Source of the DNA: an uncultured virus (IMG/VR IMGVR_UViG_3300030294_000020)
Taxonomy: Duplodnaviria; Heunggongvirae; Uroviricota; Caudoviricetes
Reading direction: 5' to 3' (one strand)
IMG/VR virus record: IMGVR_UViG_3300030294_000020
DNA: 64,000 bases
The notes under the pieces are model-generated. The model made no database searches. It saw only the letters and a list, made by a program, of their open reading frames with translations, and had not been told where the DNA came from. The position numbers and the translations under genes were made by a program. Shown piece by piece: positions 9,950-18,239 of this stretch (within the stretch, counting starts at the first letter, position 1; every line of letters starts with the position of its first letter).

Positions 9950-10090
9950 GTGGTAGTTTTCAGGCACTTTTGCTAATGTTGGAAGAGCTTTTACTTTATC
10001 TATAATACTCTTGAAAGGAGACTTTACTTCAGTAATAAAATAAGGGGACAGAGCCGTTCCAACATTAGAAAAAGTGCCTGAAAATACCAC
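9950..10090. ncRNA. Long hairpin (about 35-bp arms, 72-nt loop), candidate small RNA
   Basis: 9950-9984 is the near-perfect reverse complement of 10057-10090. Confidence 0.55.
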
Positions 10091-10160
10091 CCCCGGGGAA
10101 AAATGGGAGAGACCCGCGATTTGATAGGGGGGGACTAGGGTGCGAACACCCCCCTATGGT
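10091..10160. other. Candidate genome terminus (cos/packaging site)
   Basis: Isolated GC-rich patch with CCCCGGGG palindrome and ATAGGGGGG/CCCCCCTAT inverted repeat, flanked by an AT tract, just upstream of TerS/HNH. Confidence 0.45.
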
Positions 10161-10273
10161 CTGAAAATCATTTTATTTTATTTTATTTTTAGAATTAGAA
10201 TTATAAATTAGAATAAGAATCAGAAATTATTTTTATTTTTTTATTTTTTTAAATTTTTTATTTTATTTATTTA

Positions 10274-10543
10274 TTATTCAACCACATTTGCCTCATCCTG
10301 TTGTGATACCTTCTTGTATATACCTAAGATGTTCATTAATACTATCTCATCCATTGCATCTTCGACTGCAAGATCGTTGTCTTCTTCACTTAGGGTGGGA
10401 GAGGTCTTTGTGATCCTTGCTAGGTAACTCAGTGTGCCATAGCCATGCTGTGTATCATACCCATTCCATGAATCAAACTGAGTGAATGGATCATATGGAT
10501 TGTCAGTAGTAGTAAGCATTGATTGGTTGATTGGTTGGCTCAT
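10274..10543 (-). CDS. Conserved-looking acidic hypothetical protein next to RNAP
   Basis: MLTTTDNPYDPFTQFDSW..GYGTLSYLARI; good RBS. Confidence 0.6.
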   Translation of the reverse strand: MSQPINQSMLTTTDNPYDPFTQFDSWNGYDTQHGYGTLSYLARITKTSPTLSEEDNDLAVEDAMDEIVLMNILGIYKKVSQQDEANVVE

Positions 10544-10561
10544 GGTTGTTCTCCTTTCTTA

Positions 10562-13504
10562 TTATTGTAGTGCTTTTACTTGACTTAATGGTATGCCTAA
10601 GGCATCTGCTATGTCTCTCTGAGTGTTACCTGTTGCTAACATAGATCTAACACGTGCTTCTCTAGCAGGAGTTAGCCCTGATGCAGTGTTAGTTCTAGGC
10701 ATTGCTAATTGCTTTACTATGTCAGGCTGTGAGTTATCAAGGATCTGCCTTAGTATGTGATCACTTATAGCACCTGCTTGTATTGCTTCCCATTGTTTAT
10801 CACTTATCTCTATTGCTTGCTTCTTAGATCCTATCCTAAGACGGGCACTCATTAGGGCTTGTCCTCTAATTTTTTTGAGGTCTGCTTTATCCATATCAGG
10901 ATTGTCTGCTTTCTTAGCATCAACTGTTGCATTGGCTAATAGCATGGCCTGTCTTTCAAGGGGGGCATTCTTAAGGGCGGTGTTAAGACTACTAAGTAGG
11001 GAGGATCTTTCTTCAGCATACACTTTCTTGGCCGAAGGTGAATAAACTAGGGAGGGGGTTGAAATGAGTGCTTTTCTTGCATCATTACCAAGAGCCTTTA
11101 ATTTATTAGCGTGAGTTGCATACACTGTCTCTATTGGTTGACCTGATGATAATGCAAATGCATCTTCTTCTTCATACATCTTAGTAGACACTATAGTTTT
11201 AGGGGTAGGGGTAGTTGATAAGGCATAGACTTTCTTACCTGCTTTATACTTTACTAACTCAGCAGGAGTCATGTCTGCTACATCCTTCTCTACTTTAACC
11301 GTTGTACTACCAGGTTTATAAACTTTCTTACCTGCATTATACTTTACTAACTCAGCAGGTGTCATCTCAGATACAGTCTTTTCTACTCTAACTTTAGTAG
11401 TTAAAGGTTTAAAGTAAGACTCACCACTATACTCCCATACTTTCTTTCCTGCATTGTGATCCGCTAACTCTTTAGGAGTCATGTTAAGTATCTTCTTACC
11501 TTTATTATGATCTGCTAATTCAGAAGGAGTCATGTTCTTTGTAGCTTTATATACAGTCTTTTCTTTTCTAACACCTACTCTAGTATCCGAAGATGCTTTA
11601 GAGATAATAGTTTGAGCACCACCTGTAGCTGTTTGATATCGTTTCTTAAGTGCACCTATTTGGTTATCTCTATAAGATTTCTTATAATCAAGATTATGTT
11701 TCTCAGCATCTATTACAACCATTGAATGCTTAACTGCTCTACAAACTTCATCTGGTGGAGCTCCAGCAATTGTCATGTCTGTAATTAGATTAGAAATTTT
11801 ACCCATTTCCATACCTTTAGTATGAGATGTCATTTTAGGCATTCCATCGTATGGCGGATAACTTTCTTTAGCATCAAACCCTACTAATCCTTTTAGGGCG
11901 GGGGTTGATTTAATAGTATTACCATGAGCATTAGGAATTACAATTACATTATCACCATCAAAATCTGCCCCTGATAATCTCTCAGCAACTTTAGGACTAA
12001 TACCAACTGCGTCTTTTGTTGGCCCAAGAAGTTTCTTAGCTAATGGATGATTATTATTTACTGTTAATACTGGTATTTCAAATGTACCACCATGTGGATG
12101 TCTAACTAAAGCTACTGATTCTCCATTACGAAAATTAGGAGCATATATCTCTGTATCTTTCATAGTAGTAACTGGCAATATTACTTGGGCTGCTTGACGA
12201 GGCATTGCTGCTGCTTTTAAATGAACAGCATCTGAATCGCAACCATCTGCAAATTCTTCTAATAACTTTCTCTTTACTGTAGGATTAGTCAAAGACATAA
12301 TAGTATCATACTCTTCTTTTTTAGCATCATAGGTTAAACCTAATTGTTGTTTGGCTAAAGCTAATGGTTGTTTAGATAGAAATTGAGATGATAAATTTTT
12401 ATTCCATTTATCCCAATCTCCTTCATCATTAACTTTATTAATTGGAGATAATTGATCTTTTCCTTTACTATCTATGTAATGACGTTGTCCAGTAAAATCT
12501 TTAATCTTTGCTCCAAATGGATTATCTGGGTCAATAGTAGGATCATCTTTACTAATAGTTTTTAAAGGTTTTAATACTTTTAATTTAGGAGTATCCTTTC
12601 CTTTATTAGTATTAAACATTATGTCAGTTCCTGCTGGAAGATCATCAGAATACATAGCCATACCCTTTAAGTAATGTGATCCATCAACCATAATACGAAC
12701 TTGTGCATATGAAGTATTACCAAGAGATATTTCTTCCATACCCCTTCTTAATTCAATAACTCCATCTTTATCTGCACCACCATCTTCTTTATATCTGATG
12801 GCAACTCTCTTTGATGATACACTCTTAGGATACTCTATACCATATGCAGTTTTACCATCTTCTTCAACATGATGATCTATTACCATTTTAATCTCTGATT
12901 GTCTTTTATAGAGATCAGCATAAGGTATTCCAGGAGGGGATAATACAAGAATTGTAGTTTTCTTATTACCACCAATTCCTAATTGAAGAACATTTATATT
13001 ACGAGTTTCATAACCTTCTTCTTGTAATTTACTAACTGCTGTCATCATTTTAGTTCGGTTAACACCCAAGTATCTTTCTTGACCAATTCCTATATCAATA
13101 AGATTATTTTTTCCAACAGCATCTCTTAAGGCATCAGCAACTACTGCTGTTTTCTGACTTCTCTCATAAATATCTTTATTAAGTAATGAACGAACAGATG
13201 ATTCATTTGGCATACCAAGTTGCTTAGCAATTGCTGTATCACTAAGACCTTTACTTTTTAATTCAGTAGCTAATGAAAAGTTTGCTTTCTTTTCTTCCAT
13301 ACGAGCTAAGGATATCTTTTTTCTAAGTTCACTAGTTGTTTCTAATCCAGTTCCTTTAGCTATATCAATTGGTGAAAGACCTTTCTTTTTAAGATCGCTC
13401 ACCATATTAAGAAAAGTTTTATTTCTTTGATCTGGATCATCTCCAGAACCTCTTGGATATCTTCCTGAATAGCTAGTACCAATATGATATAATTCTTCAC
13501 TCAC
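10562..13504 (-). CDS. Single-subunit two-barrel DNA-dependent RNA polymerase with terminal HTH domains
   Basis: LSGADFDGD catalytic motif preceded by VRHPHGG; HTH-like segments at both ends. Confidence 0.8.
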   Translation of the reverse strand: MSEELYHIGTSYSGRYPRGSGDDPDQRNKTFLNMVSDLKKKGLSPIDIAKGTGLETTSELRKKISLARMEEKKANFSLATELKSKGLSDTAIAKQLGMPNESSVRSLLNKDIYERSQKTAVVADALRDAVGKNNLIDIGIGQERYLGVNRTKMMTAVSKLQEEGYETRNINVLQLGIGGNKKTTILVLSPPGIPYADLYKRQSEIKMVIDHHVEEDGKTAYGIEYPKSVSSKRVAIRYKEDGGADKDGVIELRRGMEEISLGNTSYAQVRIMVDGSHYLKGMAMYSDDLPAGTDIMFNTNKGKDTPKLKVLKPLKTISKDDPTIDPDNPFGAKIKDFTGQRHYIDSKGKDQLSPINKVNDEGDWDKWNKNLSSQFLSKQPLALAKQQLGLTYDAKKEEYDTIMSLTNPTVKRKLLEEFADGCDSDAVHLKAAAMPRQAAQVILPVTTMKDTEIYAPNFRNGESVALVRHPHGGTFEIPVLTVNNNHPLAKKLLGPTKDAVGISPKVAERLSGADFDGDNVIVIPNAHGNTIKSTPALKGLVGFDAKESYPPYDGMPKMTSHTKGMEMGKISNLITDMTIAGAPPDEVCRAVKHSMVVIDAEKHNLDYKKSYRDNQIGALKKRYQTATGGAQTIISKASSDTRVGVRKEKTVYKATKNMTPSELADHNKGKKILNMTPKELADHNAGKKVWEYSGESYFKPLTTKVRVEKTVSEMTPAELVKYNAGKKVYKPGSTTVKVEKDVADMTPAELVKYKAGKKVYALSTTPTPKTIVSTKMYEEEDAFALSSGQPIETVYATHANKLKALGNDARKALISTPSLVYSPSAKKVYAEERSSLLSSLNTALKNAPLERQAMLLANATVDAKKADNPDMDKADLKKIRGQALMSARLRIGSKKQAIEISDKQWEAIQAGAISDHILRQILDNSQPDIVKQLAMPRTNTASGLTPAREARVRSMLATGNTQRDIADALGIPLSQVKALQ
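11229..11533 (-). repeat. Four intragenic repeats encoding MTPxELxxxxxGKK in RNAP
   Basis: ~44-nt units at about 11229, 11322, 11439, 11490. Confidence 0.85.
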
Positions 13505-13508
13505 AGGT

Positions 13509-14063
13509 CTAACCCCCTATTTTTAATACTTCTATATTTTTATCGAACATTATAATTTTTCCCATAATTGCATGAATATATTCTGCGTCAGGTATGTTTA
13601 CAATTATCTCATCTGATTGATAAATACGCAATTCCATTTCAATTGTATTTGGATCTACTGCATACTCTAGACAAAATAATGCAGCATATATTTCTAATTG
13701 TTGCATATGGGCAGGTGTTCCACCAGTTTTAAGGTCATGTATTCTAAGAAAATTATTACGAAATTGAATAGCATCAACTGTTCCAAAACAATTATCTGAA
13801 TAATATAATGAGACCTCTGTATACATTTTAAAACCAATAGCATCATTTATGTATAAATTTAAAGTCTTTTTTGATTTTGGCAATTTTTGATTTAACTTAA
13901 CACATTCAGATGCAAAGGCATGTAGTCTTGTTCCTTTCTGAACTGCTAAGAATCTAATATATGCTAAATCTAATTTTTCATCATTATAGTTTAACCATGA
14001 AAATTTACTTGCTCCTAAGAAAGCGTGTTTACCTTCTAAATCTAAATGCGGTTTGAAGTTCAT
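13509..14063 (-). CDS. PD-(D/E)XK (Cas4/RecB-like) exonuclease
   Basis: GTRLH, E-x-L, GTVDAI, IHDLKTG, QLEIYA. Confidence 0.75.
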   Translation of the reverse strand: MNFKPHLDLEGKHAFLGASKFSWLNYNDEKLDLAYIRFLAVQKGTRLHAFASECVKLNQKLPKSKKTLNLYINDAIGFKMYTEVSLYYSDNCFGTVDAIQFRNNFLRIHDLKTGGTPAHMQQLEIYAALFCLEYAVDPNTIEMELRIYQSDEIIVNIPDAEYIHAIMGKIIMFDKNIEVLKIGG

Positions 14064-14328
14064 CTAATACCCTCCTTTTATTCTCTGGATAGATAAATGC
14101 GGCATAAGACATTCTATCCATTTTATCAACATAGTATCCTTGATTTGCTTGCTTGCTTGCATTCTCAAATTTTTTACATTCTAATGCTGCCCACCTATCT
14201 CTAAACAAAATTAATATGTCTGGTATACCTTGAATATAGTTTGCATCATTTTTTAGAATAATAGAATCTGGAAATATTAGTTGCAACTCTTTTATAAGTT
14301 TTCCTTGGAAGCTACTTTCTAAAGCCAT
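14029..14328 (-). CDS. VRR-NUC nuclease / resolvase
   Basis: ESSFQ..GIPDIL..LECK..NQ. Confidence 0.8.
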   Translation of the reverse strand: MALESSFQGKLIKELQLIFPDSIILKNDANYIQGIPDILILFRDRWAALECKKFENASKQANQGYYVDKMDRMSYAAFIYPENKRRVLDELQTAFRFRR

Positions 14329-14333
14329 TCATA

Positions 14334-15032
14334 TCACTTACCTTCCCCTTTAAGTTGATTAGAACGCGAAACAATTCCTAATGCATAAGATGAAATTTGA
14401 CCTTTAGCAAAAAGATTGTTTGCAGTTTTTATTGGCATGTTATATCTCATAAGATTATAATAAACATTATTCTTTTCTTTTTTAAGTTCATTCATAAAGT
14501 CAGCTGCAAGTAATATGTTTCCATATGGATCATATATATCGGTAACCCCTAATTGTTTCATTCTATCTCTGTGATAGTATGTATATATTTGCATTAGTCC
14601 TTTACAATTAATATTAGCACAATATACAAATCTATTACTTTCTCTTTCACACATAGCATAAAGTAATTCTGGATCTATTGAATATTTTGGTCCTACAATT
14701 TTACAAATACTTAATAATGATTCGGCAGTTATCTGACCATTTATTATTTTAATAAAATATGTTGGGGCTACTATAACTGGTACTACTTTAATTTCAGCAA
14801 CAGCTACCATTAGTTTTCGTTGGGGTTTAACAACTGGAGATATATTTTTTTCAGCGATAGCAGATAATAATTTTTTCTGAACAACCTCAGCTTCTATTAA
14901 TTTCTTTTGCTGAATGATTGTATCTTTCTGTAACCCATTTAATATTGGTGCAGTTTTTATTAGCATCCCTATTATCATAAGTATTAGAATTTCACAAAAT
15001 AATATAATATGTTTCTCTGTATTTATCTTCAT
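14334..15032 (-). CDS. Membrane-anchored lytic transglycosylase (SLT domain)
   Basis: N-terminal TM; AMCERES, GLMQI, DPYGNI, MRYN. Confidence 0.8.
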   Translation of the reverse strand: MKINTEKHIILFCEILILMIIGMLIKTAPILNGLQKDTIIQQKKLIEAEVVQKKLLSAIAEKNISPVVKPQRKLMVAVAEIKVVPVIVAPTYFIKIINGQITAESLLSICKIVGPKYSIDPELLYAMCERESNRFVYCANINCKGLMQIYTYYHRDRMKQLGVTDIYDPYGNILLAADFMNELKKEKNNVYYNLMRYNMPIKTANNLFAKGQISSYALGIVSRSNQLKGEGK

Positions 15033-15095
15033 ATTAATTTCCTTTCAAAAGCATATTTAAGCCTCAAGAAAAAAGGAAAAGTAGTTACACTCTCC

Positions 15096-15123
15096 TTCTA
15101 TTATAGGGTATGTTTTCTACGCG
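15096..15123 (-). promoter_or_regulatory. Phage promoter copy (CGCG..TATAAT type)
   Basis: CGCGTAGAAAACATACCCTATAATAGAA matches array consensus. Confidence 0.7.
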
Positions 15124-15252
15124 AAGCTTTTTTGTCATTATTTAGCTTACATCGCTTATTATTATCGGAATATGGTATTATACAGCCTGTTTTACTGCAT
15201 ACTGGCTCATTAGCAGCATTTGTTTCTCTATTACAACATACTTTGCATTTCA

Positions 15253-15888
15253 TCAAAATTCATCTCCTTTATTAATATCATCAAAGACTACTGGGATTAA
15301 AGTTTTAAGTTCTGCTAATAATGGAATTGTTACTTCTCTCATTTGAGGATGAGCTACATTTTCAGTTCTTAGTTTAAAAAAATGTCTCCATTCTCTAAGA
15401 TTCATAGTAACAACTATTTCAGTCTTCAAACTATTTGGCAATACTGTTCTTGCTTCTTTAGGAGTTGCTCCATAATCTAGTAGTTCAAAATAAGATTTTT
15501 CAGAATTTAAACAAGCCTCTTTCCAACGATCATAACCAAAGGTTCCTTTACCCCAAAAGGATGGTTCTATTACTGTAATTTCATTTCCAAATTTATCTCC
15601 ACTATAATTACAATATCTTGTAGACTCCTGTCCGAAGGATGCTAATCTATGTCTTACTAATTCATGACTAACTCCTCTATCACATGTAAATCTAACAGAT
15701 AAACTATTATGTTCAATCATCGCTTCATGACCTCTAGAGATTAAACTAGTTACAAATTTTATTGCTGAGTCATCAGTTATCTTATCCTCTGACTTATAAC
15801 AAGTTCTACCAACCTTTTCAATTTGCTTTAATATTTCCATTCCATTTATTTCACTTTCAATTTTATAAGATGCTTTAATAATTTTCAT
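15253..15888 (-). CDS. thyX: FAD-dependent thymidylate synthase
   Basis: RHRLASFGQESTRY signature, GHEAMIEH, EARTVLP. Confidence 0.93.
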   Translation of the reverse strand: MKIIKASYKIESEINGMEILKQIEKVGRTCYKSEDKITDDSAIKFVTSLISRGHEAMIEHNSLSVRFTCDRGVSHELVRHRLASFGQESTRYCNYSGDKFGNEITVIEPSFWGKGTFGYDRWKEACLNSEKSYFELLDYGATPKEARTVLPNSLKTEIVVTMNLREWRHFFKLRTENVAHPQMREVTIPLLAELKTLIPVVFDDINKGDEF

Positions 15889-15906
15889 TTTACATCGTCT
15901 CCTTTA

Positions 15907-17124
15907 TTATATTAATCTTTTCTTTTTACTAAAACTTAGTTCATTAAAATTTTGTTTATTTTTTAAGGTTTTCATTATACCTATATCGATTGGAGAATTA
16001 GATATTAATGTATAATAATATAAATCTTTGTATGGAGTATTCATTCTATCAATTCGTCCCTTTGCTTGTGTTTCAATCTTATAAGAATAATTCTGAGAAT
16101 AGAATAATATACTATTTGTTACTATGCAATTCCATCCCTCAGCTCCTGCTGTATACTGAACCAAATATACCCAAGTATCAGTTAAAGGAATAGGCTCATG
16201 TTTATGCCCATTCCATTCAGTTGTAGTTACTTTTAATTTTTTAGTTAATTCTCTTAGTAAATCTAATTCATAATTAAAGTTGTAGAATATAATTAGTTTT
16301 GGAGTTTCTTTTATTATTTTAGAAACAGCCTCTATTCTTCTTGGATCACTATTTGTTATCTTTCTCCATAAATAGAATAGTTCACTTATATCTTTTACTG
16401 GTTTATTAGTGTATATATTCCACCTTTCTTTAGTTGCTTTATCATAAGCAATATTATCATATTTAACAAATATATTTTTATCATGAAGAGTTGTTGGACT
16501 TTTGTATTTCATTCCAATAAGTATTTGCTTTTGAAACTTAATTAATTTACCTTGTTCAATGTAATGATCTATTTTTGGATATTTACAGAATCTGCTATAT
16601 ACTACATGCTCTCTCAAAAATTCTGTTCTATTTTTAAAGAAACCATTAGCAACAAATACTGGAACATAATCCATCCATGTATCACCAGGAGTAGCACTTA
16701 ATAATATCCATTTATTTTTTTTAGTTATTTTAAGAAAGGCTTTAACCCAACTCCCAGAACCAACAACTCTTTGTTCATCAAATATGAAGAATGCCCCAAA
16801 AACTTTATCATACTTTTTTATATTATTCCATGAATCAACTATAACATTTACATCACAAAGTTCTCTATGAGTAGATAGTAAAAAGTTAAGGCATTCTCCT
16901 TCCCATTCAAGAGTATCTCTCTTACGAGCTGTAGTAATTATATAAAGGTCTAGGGGTTTAACCATAGGTCTATATTCTGGATCTATGGATCCCCAACATA
17001 TATTTATAAAGTAGTAAGCTAAAGCAGTCATCGATTTACCTGATCCTACACTGCCACAAAGTATAGATCCAATTTTCAATGAGTCTAAAGCTTCTTTTTG
17101 GTAATCACGCAATTTAATTGCCAT
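15907..17124 (-). CDS. SF2 helicase
   Basis: LRDYQ, GSGKS, FDEQ, SATP, QAKGRIDR. Confidence 0.85.
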   Translation of the reverse strand: MAIKLRDYQKEALDSLKIGSILCGSVGSGKSMTALAYYFINICWGSIDPEYRPMVKPLDLYIITTARKRDTLEWEGECLNFLLSTHRELCDVNVIVDSWNNIKKYDKVFGAFFIFDEQRVVGSGSWVKAFLKITKKNKWILLSATPGDTWMDYVPVFVANGFFKNRTEFLREHVVYSRFCKYPKIDHYIEQGKLIKFQKQILIGMKYKSPTTLHDKNIFVKYDNIAYDKATKERWNIYTNKPVKDISELFYLWRKITNSDPRRIEAVSKIIKETPKLIIFYNFNYELDLLRELTKKLKVTTTEWNGHKHEPIPLTDTWVYLVQYTAGAEGWNCIVTNSILFYSQNYSYKIETQAKGRIDRMNTPYKDLYYYTLISNSPIDIGIMKTLKNKQNFNELSFSKKKRLI

Positions 17125-17263
17125 TTAAATCCTCCTATTTTTTTTCAGGTATAGGATCATTTAATATACCACCTAAAATTTTTGTGTACAACTGTTCTTT
17201 CTCTTCGGGATTTAAAACTGATATTATTCTTTCTAGTAGATCATTTTCTTTTTTCTTTGTCAT

Positions 17264-17779
17264 TTATCTTTCCTCAAATTCAGCATCAGTATAATCCTTT
17301 GGTGCAGCTATACCCATTAAAGCAGTATCTGGAATATCAAAATACTTTTGCTCAAATTCATCTTCTTTGATTGTTATATACATAGATTTTGCATAAGCCT
17401 TTACACCTGACTTACCATTAACGTCCCAATTGTATGGCCTAATTATAAGATCTATTGTTTTAATCTCAGCCCAATCTAAAAGTGAAACAGAATCCTCATC
17501 AAGTATTGTTTTACCATGACTAGTTATTAAAACTAATTTAGGATCAAAATTGCCATATGCAACTGATACTTGAAGATATGCTTGAGCCTCATCACCTTCC
17601 TCCCTTGGCTTTAAGTATTTCATATTCCATCCATCTCTCTCTAATATTTGTGCCATTTCTGGATCAAATAGTACACAGAAATTTCTACGACCTGCCGGAT
17701 TAAATTTTCCCTCTGCACCTGAAAAGTTTCTAAAGCATATTCTTGCGTCTTCCATTGATATATTATTTGTTACTTTCAT
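17264..17779 (-). CDS. Phage single-stranded DNA-binding protein
   Basis: FRNFSG..RNFC..DLIIRPYNW..GVKAY, acidic C-terminus, between polymerase and helicase. Confidence 0.65.
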   Translation of the reverse strand: MKVTNNISMEDARICFRNFSGAEGKFNPAGRRNFCVLFDPEMAQILERDGWNMKYLKPREEGDEAQAYLQVSVAYGNFDPKLVLITSHGKTILDEDSVSLLDWAEIKTIDLIIRPYNWDVNGKSGVKAYAKSMYITIKEDEFEQKYFDIPDTALMGIAAPKDYTDAEFEER

Positions 17780-17839
17780 TAATAATTCCTCCTAGAATTT
17801 TATTTATTTTTATTTTATAAATACTAATATATTTTATTA

Positions 17840-18034
17840 TTAAGAATCAAGTAATATTCCTAGATTTTTTATTACATTTTTAAATAGAGTATTCATTTTT
17901 TTTAATTCTTCATATTCTTTCATTAGTTTATAATACTCTGACTTATAATCAAGTGTTGCTTGCATGGATTCTGTTTTTATTTGTCCATCCGTTATTTGTG
18001 CATTTTTTACTATATCTGGTTTCATATTAATCAT
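17840..18034 (-). CDS. Hypothetical coiled-coil protein
   Basis: ORF with RBS. Confidence 0.5.
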   Translation of the reverse strand: MINMKPDIVKNAQITDGQIKTESMQATLDYKSEYYKLMKEYEELKKMNTLFKNVIKNLGILLDS

Positions 18035-18239
18035 CCTTTCCTAAATCAAATAAGTTCCATTTAGTTGTTATGGTACTATATCCATCCTCGCATTTTATTA
18101 GAGAATTATGATTAGTACCATTAGCAACTTTTAAAACTGTACATATTTGCCCACTATGGGGGTTATTACATTTTTTATTACTAAACTTATATTGCTGTCC
18201 AACTATTGGTTTAGGTTTTTTATACTTAGCCTTCTTTAG

